64,000 bases of DNA from Candidatus Eiseniibacteriota bacterium (lineage in GTDB: Bacteria; Eisenbacteria; RBG-16-71-46), in contig JANMQY010000016.1 in NCBI GenBank assembly GCA_031370785.1, forward strand, positions 1 through 64,000, given 5' to 3'. Both the position numbers and the translations under genes were made by a program. Shown here piece after piece: positions 19,127-31,120 of this stretch; within the stretch, counting starts at the first letter, position 1, and every line of letters begins with the position of its first letter. The notes beneath the pieces were generated by a model. That model had not been told where the DNA came from. It searched no databases and saw nothing but the letters and a program-made list of their open reading frames with translations.

Positions 19127-19819
19127 CTACTTTGCGGAAGTAGCGGCGGTCGCGGGCCCCGTCGGGGCGAGCAGCAACCGATAGCGAACCGTGATCTTGT
19201 CGTTCACGCGGAGCGTGCCGAGCATCATCTTCGGCGGCTTGATGCCGAAGGCGCTCATGAGCAGAGGCTCGCTGCCTTCGAGCCACACCCCGCGATCGTT
19301 GCGGTACGCCCGCGCCTCGAGAGAGACCGGCTGATCCTTGCCGGCGACGGACAGCGTCCCCTCGGCGTGAATGTTGAGCGTATCGCCGCCAGTCGCGCGT
19401 GGGGTCACGGTGTAGCGCGCGAGGTGGAAGTGGATCTGCGGATGAGCTTCGACGTTGAGCGCCTTGTAGAGATTCTTGTCGAGCCCGGCCTTGCCCGAAT
19501 GCAGCGTCGTGACCAGAACGTGAAGGTCCAGCCCGCGCATTGCCGAAGCCCGGATCATCGCTTCGAGCGAGGCGGCGTCGGTGGCGTTCTGCGCGTTCGA
19601 ATCGCGAGTGAATGCGACGACGACCTGCGACGTGCGGCTCTCGAAATCGTGAATGTTCGACGTGCCCTCGAGCCACAGCGAACTGCCGGCTCCGAGCCCG
19701 ATGGCAGCCGGCACCCCGGCATCCTCGTGCGTGGCTGCCTGCGCTACGAACGCTACGGCGAACCACAACGAACATGCGGCGACCGCCACAATCCCTGCCT
19801 TGCGAATGTTCATGTTCAT
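19127..19819 (-). CDS. YceI family lipid/polyisoprenoid-binding protein, exported
   Basis: Signal peptide; SSLWLEGTSNIHDF, LDKNLYKAL..HPQIHF, GTLSVAG, MSAFGIKPP. RBS GGAGGAGG. Confidence 0.85.
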   Translation of the reverse strand: MNMNIRKAGIVAVAACSLWFAVAFVAQAATHEDAGVPAAIGLGAGSSLWLEGTSNIHDFESRTSQVVVAFTRDSNAQNATDAASLEAMIRASAMRGLDLHVLVTTLHSGKAGLDKNLYKALNVEAHPQIHFHLARYTVTPRATGGDTLNIHAEGTLSVAGKDQPVSLEARAYRNDRGVWLEGSEPLLMSAFGIKPPKMMLGTLRVNDKITVRYRLLLAPTGPATAATSAK

Positions 19820-19870
19820 TTCCTCCTCCGCGGCTGAGGACGGCGTGATCACGTCGCCTGCTTGCCTGTT

Positions 19871-19915
19871 GATAGGATCGGCGGGGAGGGCCTTGCGAGC
19901 TACGGGACGGTGGGA
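19871..19915 (-). promoter_or_regulatory. Bipartite regulatory motif upstream of yceI (copy 1)
   Basis: Plus strand GATAGGATCGG-N17-GCTACGGGACGGTGGGA; repeated with identical spacing 670 nt away. Confidence 0.7.
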
Positions 19916-20066
19916 TCCGTCCTGCTGGTGAGGGTCGCACCGTAGCACATGCGACCGCGAGATACGTCCGGATGGTCCAAAAGGATGACGTGCGTTGCAG
20001 CGAATTGTCGGCCCCCGCGCCATCGAGTGCTCGAATATCAACACGTAACGATGTTGCTCGCAGCGT

Positions 20067-20516
20067 TCAGCAGATGCCTGACGGATGCTTGACCACCAGA
20101 ACGGAGCACGGGATGTGAGTCACGGCGTGGCTCGACAGACTTCCCATTAGCGCGCGGCCCAGGGCGCCGCGACCGTGCGAACCCATGACAAGCAGGTCGA
20201 CGCTCAGGTCCTGGACGACCCGCATCAGGCACTCGCGCGGATCCCCCTCCACGATTCGACCCTCGGTCGCGAATCCGGCCCGGCGCAGGAGGCCCTGCGC
20301 ACGATCGACGACAGCCTGCGCCTTGCGGCGCTGCTCCTGAAAGCTCTCGAGGGGCAGGCTCATCGCTCCCGGGTAGATCGCGGTGACCGCGGCAACGGCA
20401 GGGTGACAGGCGGTGACGACGATCACGCGGCTGCCCGCCGGCCAGCGCATGCGCGTGACGAATTCGACAGCCCGTTCCGAATGGGGCGAGTCATCCACGG
20501 CGATCAGGATTTTCAC
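20067..20516 (-). CDS. Universal stress protein (single Usp domain)
   Basis: KILIAVDDS, GDP, DLLVMGSHGRG..MGSLS, CSVLVVK. GTG start with GGAGGAG RBS. Confidence 0.9.
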   Translation of the reverse strand: MKILIAVDDSPHSERAVEFVTRMRWPAGSRVIVVTACHPAVAAVTAIYPGAMSLPLESFQEQRRKAQAVVDRAQGLLRRAGFATEGRIVEGDPRECLMRVVQDLSVDLLVMGSHGRGALGRALMGSLSSHAVTHIPCSVLVVKHPSGIC

Positions 20517-20540
20517 TGGTGCTCCTCCATTCCCGACACT

Positions 20541-20585
20541 GAAAGGATCGGTCCGGGCGATGGAATCCGCTACGGGACGGTAGGA
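20541..20585 (-). promoter_or_regulatory. Bipartite regulatory motif upstream of usp (copy 2)
   Basis: Plus strand GAAAGGATCGG-N17-GCTACGGGACGGTAGGA, containing the inverted repeat CTAC-N6-GTAG. Confidence 0.7.
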
Positions 20586-20752
20586 GAGCCGGGCGTGGTC
20601 CTCTGGTATGATGGTCGCAGACCATGCGTGCCTGCGCGCATCCCGCGCGCGGCGCGCCCGGAGGTTTCTCCCTGGTGGCACGAATCGCATCTTCCCGCCC
20701 GTCGAAGCGGCAGGCTTCGAACACGCGTTCCATTCCGGGCGAGAAACCGCCC

Positions 20753-21472
20753 TTGACCCGACTGCTGGTCGCGGATGCGCTGGCGATCGATCGCGGCGGT
20801 CTGGTCGGCCTGCTCGACGATCAGCGCGACTTCGACGTGGTGGGGGAAGCGGCCGGCGTGGAGGAGTGTGTGCAGCAGTGCCGGGATCTCGAGCCCGACG
20901 TGCTTGTCCTGAGCCTCAACCTGCCGGGTCAAGACCGGGCGGCCGTCATTCCGACCATCCGCAAGGAGCTGCCGCTGCTCCGCATCTTCGCGATCGCCGA
21001 TCGCGCAGCCGACGACTGCCTGGTGCTCAATCCTCCTTCGAGGCAGTACCTGCCGCTGACCTTGAAGCTGTCCTGCCCCGCGGGCATCGACTGCCTTCAG
21101 CTCGCCGTGAATCAGGGCGCGATGGGGACGATCCGGCGCAACGCCGATCCCGAAGATCTGTTCCGGGCAATCCGTGCGGTCGCACGCGGACAGGCCTGGT
21201 ACGACCCAACGACCGCCTCGGGTCTGCTCACGACCAGCGCGCGCGAAGGCGGCTCGCCCGGCGCGAAGCGTCCGCAGTTTTCGAAGCGCGAGCTCGAGGT
21301 GGCGGCGCTGATCGCCGAGGGCCAGTCGAACAAGGAGATCTCGACCTCGCTCGAGATCAGCGAGCCCACGGTCAAAAAGCACGTGGGGCATATCCTGCAG
21401 AAGCTCGAGCTTTCCGATCGGCTGCAGGTTGGGCTCCACTTCGCCCGGAATCCGGCCCTGTTCCAGCGCTGA
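20753..21472 (+). CDS. NarL/LuxR-family regulator with an atypical receiver domain
   Basis: REC-like N-terminus (VVGEA, EPDVLVLS) and LuxR HTH FSKRELEVAALIAEGQSNKEI...TVKKHV..ILQKL. Start estimated at TTG 20753. Confidence 0.88.
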   Translation: MTRLLVADALAIDRGGLVGLLDDQRDFDVVGEAAGVEECVQQCRDLEPDVLVLSLNLPGQDRAAVIPTIRKELPLLRIFAIADRAADDCLVLNPPSRQYLPLTLKLSCPAGIDCLQLAVNQGAMGTIRRNADPEDLFRAIRAVARGQAWYDPTTASGLLTTSAREGGSPGAKRPQFSKRELEVAALIAEGQSNKEISTSLEISEPTVKKHVGHILQKLELSDRLQVGLHFARNPALFQR

Positions 21473-21538
21473 GAGCCGATCAGGTGGACGAAGCGACCGC
21501 CCGAGCCGCGTGTTGTCACGCTCGAGCGGGTGGTGCGC

Positions 21539-23710
21539 TCAGGGCAGACCGCGGCGGCGGCGCCAGGCCCACTCGAAGCCGAGCGCGCCGACCACCAGCG
21601 CGAACAGGAGCGGCGACTCCCACAGACGTAACGTCTCGATGCGGCCGCGAGCCAGCGCGCGTGACGGCAGACCGCGCGCCCACGATCCCGCGCGATCCGG
21701 TGCCGTGACCCTGCCCCCGCTCGCCAGCGCGATTGCGGCCAGGGCCGCGCTGTCGGGATCGGTCCGCGCCTCTTCGAGGCTCCATCGATCCACCGCCAGC
21801 TCGGTCGAGGCGCGGCCGACCTCCCGTCCGTCCTTCATCGCGCGCGCGCTCACCCGCCAGCGGCCGGGCGGAAGCTCGCCGAGATCCGCGACGTAGCTGC
21901 CCGCCGAGCCGGCCTCGAAATGGACGGGTCGTGTCGCGCGCGAACCATCCCCTGCGATCTCGCCTTCGATCTCGGCTCCCGCGACCGGATGGAACTGCGC
22001 GTCCTGAAGCGTGGCGTAGAGCCGAGCCGGCTCCCCGGCCGCGCTGAGCCAGCGCTCGGGTCTCAGCCGCAGCGGCTCGCCCTGCACCGGCTCGGCGAGC
22101 CAGCGCATCCAGCGGCGCCACAGCATGCGAGAGCGATCCGCCGCCAGATCGTCGCGCGGCGTGAGCGACCAGCGCCACAGGCCGGTGCCGTTCACCAGCA
22201 ATGCCTGCCCGCGTCCGATGCGCCGCGCGAGCGCGAGCGGCGGCCCGGCTCCGGCCGCGGCCAGCACCACCCGATCGCCGGACCCCGGTGCGATCGGCGC
22301 GAGGTCCGAGAGCGGCGCGGCGTCGCGCCACGCCCGGGCCCCGCGTGCCGGATCGCTGTCCCACTCGGTGATCTCGCGCGCCTCGGCGGTCGGCTCGGGC
22401 GCGGCACTACGCGCGAAGACCGCGGGCGATAGCGCGAGGCCAAGGTCCAAGCCGAGCGCGCCGGTCCGGTAGCGCGCCAGCCCGGGCGGAGCGCCGCCCA
22501 ACACCAGCAACCCGCCGCCACCCCTCACGAAGTCGGCGAGCGCGCGATCGAATTGAGGAGTGATCTCGGAGGGAGCGATCGCATCGAGCACCACCACGGC
22601 GATCCCGCGCAGCTCGCCGGCTTCGGGCGCCGCGACCCGCGCGGAGGGGCGCTCGAGCGCTCGCCAGCCGTCGCGCTCGCGCACCCGGCTCGTCACGCTC
22701 AGGCTCGAATCTCCCACCAGCGCGCGGCGCAGGAACGTGAGATCCCAGTTGAGCCCGTCGCTCAAGATCAGCACGCCGAGGCGGCCGGGGGCGACCTGCA
22801 GCGCCACCTGGCGTGCGTCGTTCGCGGTCGTGATCTCGCCGGCCAGCGAGTCGACGCGCGCGGTCCACACCGCAAGCCCGGCCCGCGCCGGGATGACGCG
22901 CAGCTCGACCTCGGCCTCGGCGCCACCACCCGGCGCGATCGCAACGCCGCGTGCCATCTCGCGCGCGCCGTCCATGATCCGCACCCGAAGCGGTGTGCCG
23001 CGCGGCTCGCTCGAGGTGACGCGCACGCGCACCGGTGTGCTCTGTCCGACGCGCGCCTCCGGAGATGCTTCGACGCCCGCGATCGCGCGATCCGGTGCCC
23101 CGGCGGCGCCCACCACCACCGCGTGCACCGGCACGCCGAGCGCGCGGACCGCGGCGACCGGGTCGGCGCCGGAGTTGACCACGCCATCGCTCACCACCAC
23201 CACCGCGCCTGCGCTCTGTCCCTCCGGGGTCGCTCCGAGCGAGGCGAGCGCCTCGCCGAGCGCGGTCGCGCCGCGCCCGGCCGCTTCATCGCGCGCCTGG
23301 TTGGACCCGGCCTGTCGGGCCGGGTCGAGCGCGCTCGCGAAGCGCCGCACCTCGACCTCGCCGCGCCCACCGAGCGAGCGGCGCAGCGATTCGACCGCGC
23401 GCTCCGCCACCGCGGCGCGGGTCTCGCCGCCCGGCCGCTCGGGCAGATCCATGCTGCGCGAGCGATCCAGCAGAATCACGACCCGGGATCTCCCGCCGCT
23501 CGTGCGCTCCAGAGCCGGCTGGGCGAGGAGCCAGAGCAGTGCGACCAGCGCGCCCAAGCGCAAGGCGAACAGCAGCCGGCGCGCGGCGCCGGGAATCGGG
23601 GGCACAGCGAAGCGATACGCCCAGCGCACGAGCAGCGCCAGCAGCAGGGTCACCGCCGCGAGCACGACCCACGGCGCGTTGGGTGCGAGATGGAACGAAA
23701 GGTCGGTCAC
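21539..23710 (-). CDS. Membrane-anchored vWA-domain protein with Ig-like and GATase-like domains
   Basis: N-terminal TMs, MIDAS LLDRSRSM..T..VSDG, LWRWS, C-terminal FEWAWRRRRGLP. Start estimated at GTG 23710. Confidence 0.75.
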   Translation of the reverse strand: MTDLSFHLAPNAPWVVLAAVTLLLALLVRWAYRFAVPPIPGAARRLLFALRLGALVALLWLLAQPALERTSGGRSRVVILLDRSRSMDLPERPGGETRAAVAERAVESLRRSLGGRGEVEVRRFASALDPARQAGSNQARDEAAGRGATALGEALASLGATPEGQSAGAVVVVSDGVVNSGADPVAAVRALGVPVHAVVVGAAGAPDRAIAGVEASPEARVGQSTPVRVRVTSSEPRGTPLRVRIMDGAREMARGVAIAPGGGAEAEVELRVIPARAGLAVWTARVDSLAGEITTANDARQVALQVAPGRLGVLILSDGLNWDLTFLRRALVGDSSLSVTSRVRERDGWRALERPSARVAAPEAGELRGIAVVVLDAIAPSEITPQFDRALADFVRGGGGLLVLGGAPPGLARYRTGALGLDLGLALSPAVFARSAAPEPTAEAREITEWDSDPARGARAWRDAAPLSDLAPIAPGSGDRVVLAAAGAGPPLALARRIGRGQALLVNGTGLWRWSLTPRDDLAADRSRMLWRRWMRWLAEPVQGEPLRLRPERWLSAAGEPARLYATLQDAQFHPVAGAEIEGEIAGDGSRATRPVHFEAGSAGSYVADLGELPPGRWRVSARAMKDGREVGRASTELAVDRWSLEEARTDPDSAALAAIALASGGRVTAPDRAGSWARGLPSRALARGRIETLRLWESPLLFALVVGALGFEWAWRRRRGLP

Positions 23711-23860
23711 CGGGAGATCGAAGAGGGTGGGGCGGACGGCCGGAGCCTGAAAGTGGAGCGAGACTAGGGACTGCTCGGGGGGCAGGCAAGCCGATTGTGC
23801 CCGGCGCGGAACTTCCGGGGGGCCGGCGTCATGCAACCCTGCGGCGCGTGACCACGTAGA

Positions 23861-23887
23861 ACTGACCAGAATACCAATCCAGTCATT
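23861..23887. promoter_or_regulatory. Putative TetR operator
   Basis: AT-rich TGAC-N15-GTCA inverted repeat just upstream of the TetR gene. Confidence 0.5.
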
Positions 23888-23903
23888 CGTCCGGAGGCCG
23901 CTC

Positions 23904-24575
23904 TTGCGCACCGTTTCCCCAGCCGACTCCCCCACCCGCGAACGCATCCTCGATGCCGCCGATCGCCTGCTCGCACGCTACGGCTTCCGCAAGACCACCA
24001 TGGACGATCTGGCGAGCGAGGCCGGAATCGGCAAGGGCACCACCTACCTCCACTTCTCGAGCAAGGGCGAGGTCGCGCTCGGCACCATCGACCGCATGGT
24101 GGCGCGCCTTATCGAGCGCCTCGAGGCGATCGCCGCAGAGAGCGCGCCGGCGCCGGAGCGGTTGCGCCGCATGCTGCTGCTGCGGGTGATGCACCGCTTC
24201 GATCACGCGCAGCCGCACTCGCAGAGCCTGGATGAGGTGCTGACCACCCTGCGCCCGGCGCTGCTCGCCCGGCGCGAGCGCTACTTTCGCGACGAAGCCG
24301 CCCGCATCGCCCAGGTCATCCGCGACGGCGTGCGCGAGGGTCGGCTGCGCGCCGCCGACCCGGCCGGTGCGGCGCACACCCTGATCACCGCGACCAACGC
24401 GCTCCTCCCCTACAGCCTGAGCGTCGAGGAGCTGGGCCGGCGCCGCGACGTCGAGTCCCGGGCCGAGCGCCTCATCGATCTGCTTTTCGCCGGCCTTTGC
24501 GCGCCGGCATCCACCCGTTCCCAGGCCCGTTCATTCGCGAAGCCGCACCTCGCCCAGAGGAGGATCCTGAAATGA
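23904..24575 (+). CDS. TetR/AcrR family transcriptional regulator
   Basis: RERILDAA..GFRKTTMDDLASEAGIGKGTTYLHFSSK. Confidence 0.92.
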   Translation: MRTVSPADSPTRERILDAADRLLARYGFRKTTMDDLASEAGIGKGTTYLHFSSKGEVALGTIDRMVARLIERLEAIAAESAPAPERLRRMLLLRVMHRFDHAQPHSQSLDEVLTTLRPALLARRERYFRDEAARIAQVIRDGVREGRLRAADPAGAAHTLITATNALLPYSLSVEELGRRRDVESRAERLIDLLFAGLCAPASTRSQARSFAKPHLAQRRILK

Positions 24576-25732
24576 GCTCCCGTCCCCGCGTCACCGTCCT
24601 TCATGCTCTCGCGCTCGCCGCCGCGCTCTCGGTGGTTTCCCCGCTGTTCCCGGGCCGCGCCGCGGCCCAGATGGGCGCGCCACCGGATCAGTCGGATCTC
24701 ACCATCGACGCCGCGACCCGCAACGCGGCGCTCGACGTCCTGGTCGCGGACCTCGACTCGACCTATGTGTTCCCCGACGTCGCTCAGAAACTGGTTCGCG
24801 ATCTTCGCGAACGCCAGAAGCGCCACCAGTACGACGCGCTCACCAGCGCCAAAGCGTTCGCGGATTCGCTGACCGCCCACATGCGAGCCCTGACCCACGA
24901 CCGGCACCTGCGCGTCCACTACCGGAACGACGTCATCGGCGCGACCGAGCTGACCGACGAGCCGACGGCGGCGGAGCACGAGCAGCAGCGGCGCGACTCG
25001 CGCCTGCGCAACTGCGGATTCGACATCGCGCGCCGACTGGCGGGCAACGTCGGGTACCTGGACCTGCGCAATTTCACCTCGATCGACCACGGCGCCGGTG
25101 AAGTCGCGGTCGCGTCGATGAGCTTCCTCGCCAGCACCGACGCGATGATCATCGACCTCCGGCGCAACGGCGGCGGCGATCCGGCGACGGTGCAGCTGCT
25201 GTGCAGCTACTTCTTCGGTCCCGACGCGCACGTGCACCTGAACGACCTGTACTCGCGGCCGCGCAACCGCACCGACCAGTACTGGACGCTGTCGTACGTG
25301 CCGGGGCCCCACTACGTGAACAAGCCGCTCTACCTGCTCACCGCCCGCAACACCGCCTCGGGCGCGGAGGAATTCGCGTACGATCTGCAGACTCAGAAGC
25401 GCGCGATCCTGGTCGGGGAAACCACCGCCGGCGCCGCGCATCCGGGACACTTCGTGCGGCTCGGCGATCATTTCGCGGCGTTCGTCGCCGATGGACGCGC
25501 GATCAATCCGGTCAACAAGGACGACTGGGAGGGCCGGGGCGTCAGGCCCGACGTGCCGACCGCGGCGGATCAGGCGCTGCGCACCGCGCATCAGGCGGCG
25601 CTGCGCGCTCTGATCGAGAAGGCGCCGGGCCCGGATCGGCAGCGGCTCGAGCGGGCGCTGGATGCGGCCGCGGTGTTCCCCGATCCGTACAACGAGCCGC
25701 GACCTGGCGCACCGATGCCCGCCGCGCGCTAA
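24572..25732 (+). CDS. Secreted S41 family peptidase (IRBP-like)
   Basis: Signal peptide, DRHL, GYLDL, IIDLRRNGGG, TASGAEEF, GETTAG, WEGRGVRPD. ATGA overlap with tetR. Confidence 0.9.
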   Translation: MSSRPRVTVLHALALAAALSVVSPLFPGRAAAQMGAPPDQSDLTIDAATRNAALDVLVADLDSTYVFPDVAQKLVRDLRERQKRHQYDALTSAKAFADSLTAHMRALTHDRHLRVHYRNDVIGATELTDEPTAAEHEQQRRDSRLRNCGFDIARRLAGNVGYLDLRNFTSIDHGAGEVAVASMSFLASTDAMIIDLRRNGGGDPATVQLLCSYFFGPDAHVHLNDLYSRPRNRTDQYWTLSYVPGPHYVNKPLYLLTARNTASGAEEFAYDLQTQKRAILVGETTAGAAHPGHFVRLGDHFAAFVADGRAINPVNKDDWEGRGVRPDVPTAADQALRTAHQAALRALIEKAPGPDRQRLERALDAAAVFPDPYNEPRPGAPMPAAR

Positions 25733-26226
25733 CTGCCGCTGCGTTCCTGGTCGGCCAGGCGCAGGCCTTCGAGGATCAGGCGGTCGAGATCGAGATCGAG
25801 CTGGATGTCCTCGTGCGGAACGGATTCGCCGGGGATGAAACGGAAGGTTCCGGTGCGCCATAGCAGCAGCCCGTACACGATGCGCCGCAGCGTCTCGTGG
25901 ACGGCCTGCTGCACCTGCTCGGGAGTGGCGAATCCGTCGGCCACGAGCAGCGCGCCCAGGCGCTCACCGGGCCTCAGCCGCTGCAGCGCGAGCGCGCGCT
26001 CGAGCGTGTCCTGGCTCAGCTGGCCGCGATGCACCAGCACCTCGCCGGCGCGCACCGTCTCGCCGCTGGTGCGCGCGAACACCGGCCGGCCCCGCTCGAA
26101 GAACAGCTCGGCGGTCTCGCCGGGCCGGATGAGCTCGAGCTTGCCCTGCGCCTGCGACAACTGGAGCAGCTGAAGAATCTCGCTCGGGAAAAAATGGGAC
26201 AGATCGCCTTCGAGCGCCCCGCTCAC
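25729..26226 (-). CDS. DUF4388 domain protein
   Basis: LEGDLSHF..EILQLL..GKLEL..LFFERG, RLGALLV, WRTGTFRF, LILEGLR. Confidence 0.8.
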   Translation of the reverse strand: MSGALEGDLSHFFPSEILQLLQLSQAQGKLELIRPGETAELFFERGRPVFARTSGETVRAGEVLVHRGQLSQDTLERALALQRLRPGERLGALLVADGFATPEQVQQAVHETLRRIVYGLLLWRTGTFRFIPGESVPHEDIQLDLDLDRLILEGLRLADQERSGS

Positions 26227-27137
26227 TGAGCGCCCCACCTCACGTCGCCGACCACCCGACCCGGCGCCTCGACCTTGCCGGTCATGATCCGCAGGTTGTA
26301 CCAGCCCAGGATCAGGACCTGCGCGACGGTGGCGCTCAGCAGCACGCCCAGCGCGATCTCGGTGAGCGGAGTCAGGGATTCGGGCAACGGTCCGTTGGGC
26401 ACGTGGAGCAGGGTGAGGAACGCGACCAGCGCCGCCATCACCACACCGGTCATGCGACCGAAGAGCGTCGGCTGGATGCGCAGCGGGCCCACGAACAGGT
26501 ACATGCACGCCCCGCCGACCAGCAGCAGCGAATAACGCGCGACCGCGACCCATGCGACCCAGGCCGGGAGCAGGCCGGAGACCGCGAGCGCGGCGAACAC
26601 CGACAGATTGAAGACGATGTCCACCAGCGGATCGAGCACCGTGCCCAGCATGGTGACCTGCCCGGTGCGCCGCGCGATCCAGCCGTCGGCGACGTCGGTC
26701 AACTCGGCGAGCGCGAACGTGGCGAGCGCGAGAAGAAAGTGGCGCTCGACGAGAAACAGGGTGAGGGCGGGCACCAGCACCACGCGCAGCAGGGTCAGAG
26801 TGATAGGCAGGTTGAGCGCCGAAAGCCGGAAGCCTTCGCGGTCGCGCAGCAGACCCACGTGAAGCGTGACCAGGCCGAAAGCGGGAAGGATCGCGATCGA
26901 GACGCCCAGAAAGAAATCGTAGGCGAGGTGGCGGTCGTAGGTGATCGCCATGATCGAGGCGGCGATGAACGCGATCGCGAAGAAGCCCAGCGCGATGCTC
27001 CAGATGGAGCGCACCGCGCCCGGGTTGGCGTCCATGTGCCCGCGCAGTTCGGCCGCCGCGCACCGCGCGTAGTGAACCAGGGCCGGCGGCGAGAACCGCT
27101 CGCGTCTCAAATCCTGAAGGTGCTCTTCGAAGAACAC
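26223..27137 (-). CDS. CDP-alcohol phosphatidyltransferase family protein
   Basis: LTLLR, TDVADGWIARR..GTVLDPLVD motif, multiple TM helices. Confidence 0.88.
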   Translation of the reverse strand: MFFEEHLQDLRRERFSPPALVHYARCAAAELRGHMDANPGAVRSIWSIALGFFAIAFIAASIMAITYDRHLAYDFFLGVSIAILPAFGLVTLHVGLLRDREGFRLSALNLPITLTLLRVVLVPALTLFLVERHFLLALATFALAELTDVADGWIARRTGQVTMLGTVLDPLVDIVFNLSVFAALAVSGLLPAWVAWVAVARYSLLLVGGACMYLFVGPLRIQPTLFGRMTGVVMAALVAFLTLLHVPNGPLPESLTPLTEIALGVLLSATVAQVLILGWYNLRIMTGKVEAPGRVVGDVRWGAQ

Positions 27138-27369
27138 GCGGCCTCCCGTTCGTTCGCGCGGCGAGGATAAGGCGCGGCAGGCCGTGTGACAACGTTTCGC
27201 TCGCTACCGCATCTGGGGATTCGCGGCGGATCCGTTGGAGGCCTATGGCAGCGGAGTGAAACTCGATCCAGCATTTCCTATGGCACAAAGGCGCCTGAGC
27301 ATCTGGACCCGAGCGGTGCTCTATCCGGGATCGCTGCTGGAGCAGTTCTGGCAGACCTCGCGGCGACTT

Positions 27370-28068
27370 TCAGGCGCCGAGCCGCACCCGCGCGATGGTG
27401 AACAGGATCTTCCATCCCGCCCCGAGCGCCCCGCTCACGGTGCCGGCGACCTTCGAGCGTCCGAGGCGCCTGCGGCGGTAGCGCACCGGAACTTCGGTCA
27501 CGCGGAGCCCCAGGCGCAGCGCGCGGGCCTGCATCTCCACCGTCCAGCCGTAGTCGCGGTCGCGCATAGCCAGCAGCTCGAGCGCATCCCAGCGGATCGC
27601 GCGGAACGGCCCGAGGTCGGTGACCCTCGCTCCGAAGCACAGCTGGAGGAGCGCCGCCGCGAGCGTATTGCCGAACGCCTGCACCGGGGTGAAGGCCCCC
27701 GGTTCTCGTTCACCGAGCACGCGCGAGCCGATCACGAGATCGGCTTCGCCGCGCATCAGCGGTGCGAGCAGGCTCTCGAGATCGGCGGGATCGTCGCTGT
27801 GGTCGGCGTCGAGAAATACCACCACGCCGGGCGGATTCGCTCGCAGGTGCGCGAGGCCGGCGAGGCAGGCCGCGCCATAGCCGCGCCGTCCCTCGCGCAC
27901 GACCGTGGCGCCGCCGGCGCGCGCGACATCGGCCGTCAGGTCGGTCGAGCCGTTGTCGGCCACCACCACCTCGCTCAGGCGCTCGCGCGGGAGCTCGGCG
28001 AGCACCAGCGCGAGCGAGCGCTCTTCATTGAGCGCGGGGATGACGAGCGCGACCGTGAGCGCTGTCAT
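27370..28068 (-). CDS. Glycosyltransferase family 2 (DPM/DPG synthase-like)
   Basis: IPALNEE, DNGSTD, GYGAAC, FLDAD, TDLGPFRAI, GWTVEMQ. Confidence 0.9.
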   Translation of the reverse strand: MTALTVALVIPALNEERSLALVLAELPRERLSEVVVADNGSTDLTADVARAGGATVVREGRRGYGAACLAGLAHLRANPPGVVVFLDADHSDDPADLESLLAPLMRGEADLVIGSRVLGEREPGAFTPVQAFGNTLAAALLQLCFGARVTDLGPFRAIRWDALELLAMRDRDYGWTVEMQARALRLGLRVTEVPVRYRRRRLGRSKVAGTVSGALGAGWKILFTIARVRLGA

Positions 28069-28101
28069 CGGGGGCGCGAATACCGTGTCGGCCTCTCGGA
28101 G

Positions 28102-31005
<2,904 letters not shown>

Positions 31006-31120
31006 GCGTAACCCTCCTGGTTGCGAAGTGGCGAGCATAGACGCGAGCGCATGCCTGTCTCAACACCCGCGCGCGCGGCTCCGGCGTCCGCTGCCGAACG
31101 CGTGGACCGAGCCTGCCGGA

